Of a stretch of DNA of 64,000 bases, positions 1-12,305 are shown one piece after another. Source of the DNA: Ginglymostoma cirratum (taxonomy: Eukaryota). The DNA lies in NCBI GenBank assembly GCA_024137785.1, contig JAHRHZ010000289.1:17531550-17595549 (forward strand), in the 5' to 3' direction. The translations under genes and the position numbers were made by a program. Under the pieces are notes generated by a model. It did not search any database. It was not told the DNA's origin and saw nothing but the letters and a program-made list of their open reading frames with translations. Each line of letters opens with the position of its first letter. Position 1 is the stretch's first letter.

Positions 1-310
1 GTTGACCTAACGCAATGCTTATGGCAAAATAAACATAGGCAACAAAAAATATGCATCTTTCACCCATTAGACTGATTACACTTATGCCTCTGCCTAGTGT
101 ATAATAATACTAACTTCATCCGTACTAAAATAAAATGATTTCAGTACAATTCAACTTCAACAAAGCCTGTTGTAGATTCTTTCCCACCTCCATAAAACAA
201 TCACACAGACTAGGTAGAAATTCATGGATGGTCATCATCATTACTATCACTCATCAGTTTACCAAATTTCTCCTTTAAAGACTGTATCTGCCTGGGAAAG
301 AAAATGTATG

Positions 311-385
311 ATCTTGTCGAATGGCAGTGCTGGCTTGAAGGGTTGAATGGTCTACTCCTTTCCTACTTCTTATTTTCTTATGTAT
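311..385 (+). mobile_element. CR1 LINE 3' tail fragment inserted in the cadherin fossil
   Basis: gaatggcagtgctggcttgaagggttgaatggtctactcct...tcttatg is a typical CR1 3' end. ATGTAT is repeated on both sides (304-309, 380-385). Confidence 0.6.
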
Positions 386-987
386 TGAACCTGCATTCAT
401 CATATTCACCAGTTATCTCTTCCTGACATATAATGTGACATAATGCCTGATCCTATTTTCAATTTCTACTTTTGAATATTTACATCGATTACATCTGATA
501 CTTGTATAATTTGAGAGGTCTCAATTATATAACCTCTGAGCATACATGAATAATCCTATTTTTCTGGGTCCATTCATGTAACAGAGACTTGAATTTGGAT
601 ATCTCTGTTGTCACCAGCTCTTATCATTCAGTACCTATCACCCAATGTAAGGATCAATTACAAATGCTACTACTTCAGATACATTGAAGTAGCATATAAA
701 TGAAATATAGAGATGGTTTTCCATTTTGATTTTTCTACTCAGAATCAAATGTCAAGATTTTCTTGGTGGTCCAATAGACCTTCTGATATATACAACAAAA
801 TAGATTGATAATTTAGTAACGACGTGAAATTCTCTTTTCAATTGTGTCTACAAAGATCTTGTCCATCTGTGGATTGTAGTGCCAATAAATAATACAGAAT
901 ACAATTGTTTATCAAGCTTTATCCTAATTACAATAAAACAAAGTCTTCCTTCAAATCCATATTCTGGGATTAGATCCCATAGGTAAT

Positions 988-1072
988 AGAGGTAACAAGG
1001 TGTAGAGCTGGATGAACACAGCAGGCCAAGCAGCAACAGAGGAGCAGGAAGGCTGACGTGTCGGGCCTAGAC
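988..1072 (-). mobile_element. Short Penelope-like 3'-end fragment
   Basis: Near-identical to the arms of the 26103-26260 and 51037-51677 elements (aacaaggtgtagagctggatgaacacagcaggccaagcagc...gggcctagac). Confidence 0.75.
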
Positions 1073-1254
1073 AACACCTAGCTCTACTTCACCACAAACC
1101 TCTTTTGACACCTTCATTGTTTCTTAACTTTCTCATTGTCTGTCTGACATCCAGTCATGGAAGGGCAGAAATTTCCTCCAGTTAAAAGTTAGGAAGATCA
1201 AATCCAGAGCCTGACTCCCTGCTAGAAACTTCAATCCCCAACTAGCCATTTCCT

Positions 1255-1870
1255 TCTCCTTCTTGGTTACTGTCCGAGGCTAAGTCAAATTGTTTGCAAC
1301 AAATACTGTTCAACCCTGAGCTATAACTTCAGGTCAGATCCTCACGATCATCAAGTTCAACCACCTTAACATCCTTGTCCATGACTGAATTATCCCTGCC
1401 TCATCTGTGCTTTGTTCACCTATGGATTTCTATCCTATTTCTATTCTATTTGAATGCCCTTCTGTCTGGCCTTTCATTTGTCACCCTCCATAAAGTTGAG
1501 CTGCTCATTTCCTAATGCATACTAAGTTGATTTCACCCATCAATATATTAACTCTTGTCCAGCAATACCCTTCCCACCCTAACAAGACTCTGGGAAGTCT
1601 ATTTTCCTCCACGTTTGGTTGCATGTGCATCTGCTTTTCTTCAACTTTTCTTTACCGGTCCTGCCTCGAGTAGTCTAGAGCCCAAGTTCTGAATTCCCTT
1701 CCTCAATCTCTCTAACTCTCCTCTTTTAAGCACATTCTTTCAAACCTACTCCCTTTGGCAAAGTTTTTGGTCACTTATCCTAATATCTTCTTCTGCAACT
1801 CAGTGTCGGGTTTTGACTGATAGTAAGTGCTTTGCATTGTATGTTAAAGGTGCTAAAACGGCATTGCTGA
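1255..1870 (+). mobile_element. L2 LINE 3' fragment (degenerate)
   Basis: Pyrimidine-rich 3' region ending tatgttaaaggtgcta, similar to the end of the L2 at 13290-13340. Confidence 0.5.
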
Positions 1871-3710
1871 AGTATGAAAGATAAATAAGGTTAGAAACCT
1901 TTAAACAGGCTTAATATTTTATTAGAGGTCTTGGAAATTTACATTTTTTGAGCCTTTGATTTTGTATAAATTATTTTTACTCAACTTTTAACTTCACTGT
2001 TTCTAACTATCAACATTTTCGGTCTGTATAAAACATGGTTTGACCTGGAGCTTGAATTCACATGTATGAACAATGTTTCACTGATGCGATCCGTAAACTT
2101 TAATGAACACTCATCAGGTTGAATCAATGAATAGAATAATTGCCTTGTTCCCAAATGATACATTTCATAAAAATCCTGAACCTGTTGTTTTAAAATATTC
2201 AATGTAATTCTTTCTTACCAGTAAGCAGTAGAGAAGGATATGTAGAAAGCCTCTGTCAAATTCCTCGTTCTGATTTTTTGTGAACTGGAAGCTCGCTTCT
2301 CAATGTCTAGATTATTGCCAATTTGATCGAATTCAAACCAACAGTAACAGGAAGGAGAGGAACATTAAAGTCCACCACATTGTCTTAACTTAGAAATGTA
2401 CAGATTGATCCTTCAGTCAGTGCTTGTCATGTATGTATCCAAGAAATAAAACTAAGAAGTGATCTCAGGCTCATCTCAGATTTCTTGGCCTTGGATCAGC
2501 AACTGCTTACCCACTTAGTCAAGAAATACTAAAAATAAGAGAAGCCTTAGAACTGACTTAGAACACACCAACAGCGCAATGACAAATTGGGGTTTGCTTA
2601 ATCTAAGCCACAATATATATGAAATGAACAATAAGCCAAATTAAACTTTTAGTTGAAGGTCTAACAATGCTAAGAAAATACAGAAATGACTCATGGTTAA
2701 AACCTAATTTGAACACATAATCAATCCATTACTGACTACATATAATGAAAACTTATTAATACAAATGCCTGTTGTTATCAAATTTCACCTCATCTAACCT
2801 GTCATTTAAATCCACGTTTAGAGCTGAAAATATGTTTTAATTTCTCTCCTATCTTTGCACCGTCCCTTTAGATACACTTTAAAAGACATAACGTCATTAA
2901 TGCACAGAAGGAAGCCATTCAGCCCATCAAAACCATGCTTGCTCTCTGGAGACCAATCCGGTTAGGCCCATTCCCTCATTCTATCCCTTGGCCCTGAAAC
3001 TTTATTTCCTTCACGTGCCCATTCCAATTTCCATTTAAAATCATTTATTTTCTTTTCTCCCACCACCTTCATAGGTTGAACATTCCAGGTCAGTACAAAT
3101 CACAATAAAAACTTCCTTCTTTGCTTCCATTTCCAACCACTTTTCTTGCTCAATATTGTTACTCTGTGTCCCCAAACTTTTATGATCAGATAATGGGAAC
3201 AGCTTTTCTTTTTCCCTCACAATCTCGCAAAATATCACATCTCCCCTCAAATCTCTTTAACTCTGAGGAATTCAAACCCAGCTTCTTGGACATAACTTTG
3301 AATGTACAATCCATCATCCCTTGAACCATTCTAGTAAATGTCCTCATGTACCTTTTCCAGGACCCCTTGTGTCCTTCCTAACTATAGTGACTAGAATTGG
3401 ACACAAAAATCTAGTTGTGACTTAATCAGAGCTTTATACAGCTCTAGCACAAAGCTCCAGCTTTTTAACTCATTACCTCTACTTATTTTTATGGACCAGA
3501 TCAAACCCCCTCAAAATATATTTTGAAGATAGCCTTGACTATATCTTTTTCTTATTTTTAAGGTAAGTGCAAGATGTTGCATTCCAGATGCAATGCAATT
3601 GGTCAAACTACTCGACTTTAAGCAAAAAACACTGCATTTTTACACTACAGTTAAAATACAGATAAACTGAAAATAAAAACAACTGGCTTAACTCTATCAA
3701 AATGCTTAAA

Positions 3711-3758
3711 ATATATATATATAAAATATATTATATTTGTGTGTGTGTATATATATAT
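3711..3758. repeat. (TA)n/(TG)n microsatellite
   Basis: atatatatatataaaatatattatatttgtgtgtgtgtatatatatat. Confidence 0.85.
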
Positions 3759-3807
3759 TTGAATACTAATTAACTGTTCCAATATATCATTGTCCCAAAA
3801 ACACATG

Positions 3808-4028
3808 AAATAAAAACTGAAAGGACTGGGGATGCTGTAAAGCAGAAACAAAAACAGAAATCACTGGAAAAGCTCAGCAGGTCTGGCAGCATCTGTGGAG
3901 AGAAATTAAAGTTAACATTTTGGGTTGAGCGTTCTGAGGAATGGTCACTTGACCCAAAGCATGAACCCTAACCTCCATAGATGCTGCCAGACTTGCTGAG
4001 CTTCTCCAGAAATTTCTGTTTTTGTTTC
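3808..4028. mobile_element. Palindromic Penelope-like 3'-end insertion with degenerate hammerhead core
   Basis: Inverted arms gctcagcaggtctggcagcatct / agatgctgccagacttgctgagc. Centre CTGAGGA-(GGTCA CT TGACC)-CAAAG at 3934-3959. Confidence 0.7.
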
Positions 4029-4762
4029 CCGTAAACACACCTTTGGCAAAATCAAATTCAGTAAAATTGATTGTTTCACATGAAATTCAAGCAGCAGGAA
4101 GACAGCCCCAGCTTTTAACTGTAACAGAGAAGGATTAAGAGCTTCCACATCCAGCTTTAAAACCCCAGCAACTGCAGAAAGCTAAAACTAGAAATCCTGA
4201 TTCTGTGGGAGCTTGACCCCACCCATTCAGGCTGCTTCTATTGTTCCAACTTTAAAAAAAATTACACAAGGCCTCAAAAGCTGTTTACTTTACTGTTTTT
4301 GAGCAGACAGCTCGACACCTCTGTCTCAATCTCTCTTCAATAAAAAAAGGACAAAATACATCTCTTAAAGCCATTGTATCATTACCTTATGAAGCCCAAG
4401 ATTCTCATTGCTTCAATAAATATTATCTGAATATAGCCTGCCAGTTTCAAAGACGTATACACATGAATCAATTGATCCCTCTGTTCCTGAGCATCTTTTA
4501 GAACTTTGCTATTATGTGCGTATTGTCTTTTTCTATCCTTGCTGCTGGAATGCATTGTCTCACACTTCCTTGCCCTCCACTAAATTCCATCTAGAACTTT
4601 TCTGCCCATTCTGCTATCCCCCCATTTTTAGTTCTGTGATGATTCTGTAGCTTACTGAAAATTCCAGAGTTTAGTGATGACAACCCTCTGAATTGACAAG
4701 CTATACTTTTACTGTAATGTTTCTTCATAATAAAACAATTGCAACCCCTTAGGAGATTGTAA

Positions 4763-4853
4763 GCACTGCAGATGCTGGAAATATCAACTTCCCTGCTCCT
4801 CTGATGCTGCCTGGCCTGTTGTGTTCCTCCAGCTCCACACTGTGTTATCCCTG
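4763..4853. mobile_element. Short Penelope-like 3'-end fragment
   Basis: ctgcagatgctggaa followed by cctgctcctctgatgctgcctggcctgttgtgttcctccagctccaca, the same family as the 51-kb element. Confidence 0.65.
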
Positions 4854-6639
4854 CCACCCCTTCAGAAATACTTTTTATTACACCCCATCAAATTCTTTAA
4901 TCATCTAAAACATCTCAATATGATCGCACCTTAACCTTCTATATTCAACAGAAAATACTAACCTAGCCTTTGCAATTTGTTCTCACAATTTAGTCCTTTT
5001 TGCTCCCCACTATTCTGGTCAGTCTGAGCTACACCCAATCCAAGACTAATGTCACCTCCCCAAAGTGCATTGCCCAAACATAAAGCAGTATTCTACAATG
5101 GAATAAGCAAAGTCCTGAACAGTCACGACGTACCCCTTTGTATTTCAGCCACAACCCCACCCCCAGCATCCTACTATCTTTTTAAAAATTTTTTGCACAC
5201 TTTTATTAGATTTTTGTGATTTCTTTACTCAGGCTAATAAATCTTTCCACTGGTCTAAAGTTAATACGTTCCCATCTTTTAGAAGATATTCTGACCTTCT
5301 TAGGCTCACACTATTTTCCATTTTGAAATCCATTCACCACAATTTTGCCTACAATGTACCTTTGAAACAATGGACAATGAAAGCAAGTGATTTATCCACT
5401 GGCATTTTATCCCAATATTACATCACTCTTACAGAAGTAAAACACTGCAGATGTGTAAATCTGAAATAATGACAGAGCATGTTTGAAATACTCAGCAATT
5501 CTGGCCATATCCAGAATTAGTATTTCAGATCCATGATCAGTTTCCGCAAAAGTTGGATCATTTGTTGTACCATGTATTTCTATTTGTGATTTGTTTGAAC
5601 CAAGCAATGTGATTGTTTTAAATTTAATTTTCACCTTTCAAATTTTTTCTCCTTGAGGAAGTTGACCACTACTGCATTCTTCAAGCCTTGAAAAAAGATG
5701 GATAGGTATCTTGTATCTTCTGTATTTATGAGATGTTTGAGATCCTGGCCAAGAACTGGTGAATTCTGCCAACTGATATAAATGTTTTTAAGTGCAGCGC
5801 TGAACTGAAACAGCCTTTAATTTGGACAGTTTGAACCTTGGAATGAAAAGTGAGGTTTCTCCAGCAATTTTGACGCAGCAGTAAAGTGTTTTCTTTCTGA
5901 AGGAGCAGGCATAATGCAACTGTGAAGCCACTGAACTCTTAAAATGTCAATGTTGGGAGTTCTAAATACTGTCATTAGGTGCCTTAATATTTAAAATCTG
6001 ACATATTAATTATAATAAAAGGCCCATTTCAGAAGGCAAAGAAGAAAAAGCTATTTGCTGCTTCATAATCTTTTTGATGTGCTTCAAAGACTTTTGATCA
6101 CTTTGGAGCAATTGAAATCATGGCAGTATTTATCCAAGCCATGAAGCAAGATATAACTGAAATATTCTGTTACAGGGATTTTACTTGCATGTAAGAAGGA
6201 GGTAAATGAAATAAACCAGATTTAATGAACTAAACAGGTTGGTTTTGAAAAATATGTTTTCAACAAATTCTTAACATGATAAACTTGGCTAAACTCACGT
6301 TATTTGAACTAGCCCATACCTTGTTTTAATTTCAAACATCCACAGGGCATAACGTTTTCAAAAAAATATTCTTGGAAACATAGTGAGACCTGAGATGTGA
6401 AGGACAGATTCTCCGCTGGGAATATTCTTGAAGTTGATTCTGTTCTTTCTTCATAATTTCACTGAAAATGTAATAAACATCCGTCCATGATGGAAATTGA
6501 ATTTGTTTAATTTTTTAAAAAGCTGATCAATTTTGAACAGCACTTGAAAGCAACACTGATAGTGACAAGGGCACAGTGCATTTTAGGTGGGAAAATTCAA
6601 TGCACTTCATCAAAAGTGATTCAGTTGCACCACTGCAGA

Positions 6640-7110
6640 TTGAACAAGACAAGCCTGAAGAACTTAACTACTAAACTGGGCCTGTGGCAGTCAGTGAGGG
6701 AATCAGTCAGAGAGACAATACTTGACTTCATCCTCACAAGTCCATCTGTTGCAAATGCATCTGTCCATGTCAGTATTGGATGAGCTGACCACTGCATGGT
6801 CATTGTGGAGACTAAGTCCTGTCCTTACACTGAAAATACGGTACATTGTGTTGTGTGGTACTACAACCATGCCAAATGGGACAGATTCAGAACAAATCTA
6901 GCAGCCCAATATGATCATTCATGAGACAATGCAAGCCAAGAGCAGCAACAGTATTGTTTGCAACAATGGCTGTAACATCAGTGTCCACTTGTCCCTCTCT
7001 CTACCATTGCCATCAAGCCAGTAAATCAATAATTGCTCAATGAAGAGTGCAGGGGGGCACCAGACACTCCTAAAAATGAGGTATTGACTTATGAAGCTAC
7101 AAGATGAGAC
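6640..7110 (+). mobile_element. LINE apurinic-endonuclease region fragment
   Basis: ORF 6544-6783 ends ILDFILTSPSVANASVHVSIG and continues past a stop as ADH, matching the APE motif LDL(I/V)LT...SDH. Confidence 0.6.
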
Positions 7111-7974
7111 AGCATAATGGGATATGCCAGAAACATCACCACTGCTGTTTGGTAAAATGTATGTGCAAATGATTTAATGTTGGGGAGGTGATGGATTAGT
7201 TGGTGGAATTCACCAGTGAACCAGATGAGGTTTTTCCTGACAATAGATAGTAGATTCATGGTCATCATTAGGCTCTCAACTCCAGAATTTTAATAATTGA
7301 ATTCAAATTCAAATATCACAATCACCTTACAAGGTTCTATAACCTGCACAAAGTGCAAGAGCTGCTCACTTCACATCTTGGACTTTAAACATTCGATATG
7401 CGACTCTGCCTTTTTTGGGTACTTTGAGGGTTGGTAAGGGTGGGGAGAGATTCTCACTATTACTGCCACCCATACAAGATCCTATTGTACGTGTGCCAAA
7501 ATGCTTGAGCAACAAATGTCTGAATCAGGACAAAATCCTTGTAGAGGCATCCCCCGACCTCCCAGTCAGGGGCCTCCATGTCCCCTTGTTAGGAGAAAAA
7601 CTATCCAAATGTTATTTGTGTTTGTTGTGACTGCCGAATGAACACATGACTGAGGAGCTGCTTTGTTTCTGATATTGCCCTCACAGGCTCATTGGAACTG
7701 TTTCCAATGGACAGTAGCTGTGATCATCCCTGTGTCCGCTGCAGCCAGGGCTGCGACATGAATGGATGAGAAACACCATTGAATGTACCTAGAATCTCAG
7801 GACCAAAATCAACCTCCTGTGGAGCCATCTTCTTCTGTAGAGTTTCCAGCCAAAAGGTGCCGTTAGGATGCAGCAAAGGCAAAGGAAAATCACAGTCTCT
7901 CGTCTTCCATGGAATGCTGGGCAGATGACAGAGGGAGAGTGTGATCTATTTCTGCTCCTATTTTGTATGATAGT

Positions 7975-8640
7975 ACGCCATTCTTGTCAATATTGTGATG
8001 GACAGATGCGTCTGTGAAAGGTAGATTGGTAAGGACAAGGTTTTTTCCTCTTGTGGCTTTCCTCACGACTTCCCACTGATATAGTCTAGCAGCTACATCT
8101 TTTAGGATTTGACCAGCTTGCTCAGGACGTGATGCGTCTGAGCCAGTCTTGATGATGGACTTTGAAGTCCCCGATCCAGAGTATTCCCTTCTACATTTCC
8201 CTTGCTACCTCCAAGTGTTGTTCAACATGATTGAGTAGTGACTCATCAGCTGCATTTGGCAATTGGCAGGAGATTTCCTTGCCCATATTGGACTTGAGGC
8301 TGAGACTCCATAGGGTCCAGATTCAAAGTCTTTCAGTGTAACTTCCTTTTGAGTATGCTATCGTGTTGCCACTTCTATTAAGCCTATCCTTTCAGTAGGA
8401 CAATACCTACCTAGGGATGTTGATGGTAGTGTCTGGGACATTGTATGTTGTTTATGACTCTGTGATTAAGACAATGACAGACTGTTGCTGACCAGTCTGT
8501 GTAGCAGCTCTCCCAATTTTAAGATAAGCCTCCAGCTGTTACTAAGAAGGACTTTGCAAGGCCAAGAGGGTAGGTTTGTTATTTGTTGATCAATGTTGGA
8601 CAGTCCTTTCAGTGCCAGGCTGTGTTACATTTTGGTGCAT
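7975..8640 (-). mobile_element. LINE endonuclease-region fragment (related family, opposite strand)
   Basis: Reverse strand contains GDF(K/N)VHHQDWL (tgatggactttgaagtcccc), an APE GDFN-type motif. Confidence 0.5.
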
Positions 8641-8790
8641 TTGAGTGACTTATCAGCCCATTTCAGGGGGCAGTTAAGAGTCAATCGCACTGCTGTGGTC
8701 TGGAGTCGCAAACAGACCAGGTATGGGCAGCAGATTTCCTTCCCTTCATACAATTGTGGTGAAAATGGACTATCAATATTCAACTTCTAT
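8640..8790 (-). mobile_element. DeuSINE/SacSINE-like fragment
   Basis: ccatttcagggggcagttaagagtcaatcgcactgctgtggtctggagtc...cagcagatttccttccct. Related pieces lie at ~7185-7310, ~10090-10250, ~25930-26000 and ~63080-63170. Confidence 0.55.
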
Positions 8791-8800
8791 CATTTAACTT

Positions 8801-9132
8801 TAGAATAGAATCATAGAATCCCTAGAGTGTGGAAGCAGGCCATTTGGCCCATCAAGTCTATACCGACTCTCCTCCTACATTATCTCTGTAACCCTGCATT
8901 TCCTATGGCTAATCCACCTAGCCTGCACATCAGTGAACACTAGGGGCAATTTAGCATGAACAATGCACCTAACCTGCACATCTTTGGACTGTGGGAGCAA
9001 ATCGAGCACCAGAAAGAAACCCATGGAGAAAGTGCACACTACACACAAACTGTCAACCAAGGGTGGAATCGAACCCGGATCCTTGGTGCTGTGAGTCATC
9101 AGCGCTAACCACTGAGCTACTGTGCCGCACCG
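8801..9132 (-). mobile_element. tRNA-derived SINE (HE1/V-SINE type) with CR1-like tail
   Basis: Minus-strand head ggcacagTAGCTCAGTGGttagc...GGTTCGATTCC (Pol III A and B boxes), central domain tcccacagtccaaagatgtgcaggttagg, and a tail ending in attcta repeats. Confidence 0.85.
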
Positions 9133-9643
9133 AGATCTCTGTGGAATACAAATGGCTTTAAAAAGTACAAATACTGACCTAAAATGTACACTATGATCAT
9201 CTGACCAGGGTGAGCCAATCTCGTAAAACCATTACTAAACAAGGATCAGTCTGAGCTGAAATTAAGTTAGTTATAGCAGGCACTAAAACTCAGATCTGTA
9301 TCTCCTGATTGATTCACATCTTTCTGGAAGTTAACCATTGAGATGAAAGGATGTCTAGAGGGTATTCATCTTGGGACAACAATGAGCACACTCCAGAATA
9401 CACAAATGAACCTTTCATAGACAGCACGGACAGGAAGACATTATCTCTGCCTGTTTCATTCTCAACCGAGAAATTCAGTGCCTGGTATAAAAGTAAATTG
9501 GGAAAAGTACCAATCACCAAAACATCAAGATTATCTGTAAACTTTGCTACTTTGGAGGAAATATCTAAACTATTAGCACTCTGGTTTCACACTTGCATCT
9601 CAAACACCTTAAAACATTTTTAAACAGCAACGGCCTGAATCTT

Positions 9644-9792
9644 TTATAATAAAGCAAAGAACTGCAGACGCTGGGAGTCTTAAAAAAAAGCAGAAATTGC
9701 TGGAGAAACTCAGCAGTTCTGGCAGCACCTGTGGGATGAAGGCAGAAACAATGTTCAAATCCACTGACTATTCATCAGAGAATAAATCTGAA
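9644..9792 (-). mobile_element. Short Penelope-like 3'-end insertion with TSD
   Basis: Family sequence ctgcagacgctgg...gctggagaaactcagcagttctggcagca and reverse CTGATGA (ttcatcag at 9771-9778). Flanked by CCTGAATCTT (9634-9643, 9793-9802). Confidence 0.7.
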
Positions 9793-11157
9793 CCTGAATC
9801 TTCTTGACTGCACTGACACTGTCCTTCCCCCTTCTTATTTTGAAACTTATTACCCACGCTATGTGTATTTGTTAGATGTCAAGTTTTCTTCACCTGTTAA
9901 ACCAGAGAAACATAATAAAGCTCCACTGTCACTCTCAAAATCCTTGTGATTGGCTCTGCTTCGGCTTTTATCTGGTTAGCTAAGTTTAGTTGAATTATGG
10001 CGGCTACGAGCTGAAAAAAATAAATATTGTGTGACTGACCGGGAGGGAGCCATAAAAGAGGACAGCTGGCCACCCATCTCAGCTTGTTGTAACACATTAA
10101 AGGACATTACTAAACCTGAAGGGTTTTACAACAGTTAACAACAAATAACTTTCAAAGAACAATCATAAATTTTAAATTGGATATTGCTCCCAGAGAAGTA
10201 GCCTGGTCCTGTTGACAGCTAGTCCAGTGACATTACCACTGCATCAGCACTTTCCCATTGTTTCTATTGTGGCTGATTGCATTAACAACCTGGTTTTGAC
10301 TGAAATTTGCCTGAGGGATAATAACATCTTCCTCTTAAATAAATAAAGCCTTCTTACATGGTTACATCTTCAACTATTTGACTTGTTTAAACCTCTATTG
10401 ATATGTTGTAGCCCTTACCATAAAATCACATCCCAGCCTGTAATCCCAGTACTTTGGAAACTTATGAGCATCTCACTTTATTCCACCCATCGTGCCTCTC
10501 AAAAATCATTCCCCACCATTTGTTGAAGTGGCATGCCATGTTTGTCATTATTTTTGTTCCTCTGCCTTTGCACTGAACAACTTCTCATCCACAATTATTT
10601 CAATGTCCATCTCAAATCACTGTGCTGTCTCTACTCTAGGTTAACATTTTCCTATTTGTCCTTAATGTCTTCCTCTATACAAACACTTAGACATGCTCAC
10701 AGCCATCCTGTTGGCCTTGCCATCCCATATTGCCTTGTTACTGCCTTCATGTCAATCACAAATAAGATCAACTCTGATTATCTCTTTGTACACCTATCCA
10801 TCCATATCTACCTCCCCCTCGCAAACCCACTCTCTCTGTGTCTGCTATGGAATGTCACCAACAGCTGCGCTATCAAATTTCCAACTGTCTAGCCTTCGAT
10901 ATCCTATTTAACATATTTCTACAGCTGCTGATCGGCTCAATCACGTCTTCACCTCTAACTTTGCCCTAGTCCACATTGAAATTATTACTCTTCCCCACCT
11001 GGTCACTTCTCTTGAATGTTCCTCATCTCGTCTCCTGAGATACAGAAATGTTGACTTGAAAATCTATGGTGGACAGCTATTTAACTTTCATCATCAGATC
11101 TGGCTAAACTACATGAAAGTGGTACTAGATCCTGGAATTCAAAGATAACTAAAATGT

Positions 11158-11254
11158 GTTCTGAGGAAAGGCCACTGGACCCGAAACATTAACTCTTTTT
11201 TCCTTCACAGATGCTGCCAGACCTGCTGAGCTTTTCCAGCAACTTTGTTTTTGT
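11158..11254 (+). mobile_element. Short Penelope-like 3' end starting at a hammerhead-like motif
   Basis: GTT-CTGAGGA-A-aggccactggaccc-GAAAC-ATT-AAC, then agatgctgccagacctgctgagcttttccagcaac. Confidence 0.75.
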
Positions 11255-12053
11255 ATGAAAAGATGACTGTTGGCTTTTCTTCATCATTGTAAACTATTTC
11301 CTTGATCCCCTCTTCCTTTCTCCTTTGAGAAGGAGAAGTTTTGAAGAGCTCATGGATTGCTTAAGATAATCCATTTAGCTGCCTTTGTTGCTTTGCTCTC
11401 TTTCTGGCTGAGCAGCAGAAATTCCATTTTAGGTTGATCCCTGCCTCATCCTTTAACATATATCTTTAGTTTAAGCCCTGTCTCCTCTCATCGTGATTTT
11501 TTTAAATTCAAATTGCTTACGAAACTATCTGGATGCTCCTTAGGTCCTATTCTCAAAAGACTACATGCAGTCCAATTGCCCTTCTTGCCTGGTATATCAA
11601 CTGATGACATTATCAGTTTTCTCTCCCCAGGTACTAATCTATTTCCTTTCAAACGTGATCATCAACCATCTGTTCAAAATACCACTCTTGACCTCTCTGT
11701 TTCTGCAATCTATGACTCCATTTCTGATCTCCTTTTCCACTGTAAAATTTTTGCGTGCATTATCACTTCCCAAGTCCATGCTTGTCTTTCCTGCAATTTC
11801 ATGATAGAATCCCTCCAAGCCAGTTTCCACCCTGACCCACAGTACTGAGACTGTTCTAGTCAAAGTAACGAGTGATATCCTTTGTGATTCTGGCCTTGGT
11901 AAACAATTCCTCCTCATCCCAATTGGTGCGCAACCTTTGATGACCACACTGTTCTTTCTTCTGTCATTGCCCTCACCTGGTTGCATTCACATTCATTCAG
12001 TTGTCACGTATCACCTGCAATGATTTAGTTTCCTGCTCTTGTACCATTACACT

Positions 12054-12305
12054 GGGGACATTGTGACACAGTGGTAGTGTCCCTACCTCTGGGCTGGGAA
12101 GCATGGACTCAAGTCTCTCCTGCCATCAGAGGTGTGCAATAGCATCTCTGGACAGGTGGATGCAAGAAAATATCTGCACCATTACCTCTCAGAGTTTTTG
12201 TGATGTAGTGGTAATGTCACTACCTCTGGATCAGGAGGTTTGGGTTCAAGTCCCACCTGCACCAGACATATGTCATAACATAAGTACATGATTAGAAAAT
12301 ATCTA
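12054..12305 (+). mobile_element. Two tandem short tRNA-derived SINEs inside L2
   Basis: Each has an A-box-like agtggtartgtc and a B-box-like (gg)ttcaagtc and ends in gaaaatatct. Flanks gtaccattac / gcaccattac / acatcattat are related. Confidence 0.6.

Larger units (their letters stand above)
130..2528 (-). pseudogene. Decayed first coding exon of a cadherin-superfamily gene (type III / DN-cadherin-like), interrupted by TEs
   Basis: Acceptor cttctcttatttttag at 2529-2530. ATG at 2380 (ACAATG) opens a signal peptide MWWTLMFLSFLLLLV*. Frameshifted and stopped segments follow: ...LGTRQLFYSLIQPDECSLKFTDRISETLF, DLIPEYGFEG..IVIRIKLDKQ, YLLALQSTDGQD, SIYFVVYIRRSIG, ILTFDSE..NQNGKPSLYFI, AFVIDPYIG, IQIQVSV, IIQVSDVID. 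These match cadherin-repeat signatures (LDRE, AxDG, DxDxxxNG, FxIDPxxG, VxDVND). The subfamily call is from recalled similarity, not a search. Confidence 0.55.
3487..4385. mobile_element. Putative solo LTR nested in CR1
   Basis: Interrupts the CR1 sequence and is flanked by a 5-bp direct repeat CTTAT (3482-3486, 4386-4390). Contains a TA/TG microsatellite and a Penelope palindrome. Confidence 0.45.
2884..4640 (-). mobile_element. CR1 LINE 3' portion, split by a nested LTR-like insertion
   Basis: Reverse-complement CR1 tail (gcacagaaggaagccattcagcccatc) and RT C-terminal motifs (aattggacaca...ctagttgtg, aaattccatct). Confidence 0.6.

Noticed and set aside
9060-9132. tRNA-like A/B boxes
   Set aside because: Head of a SINE, contiguous with the SINE body; not a tRNA gene.
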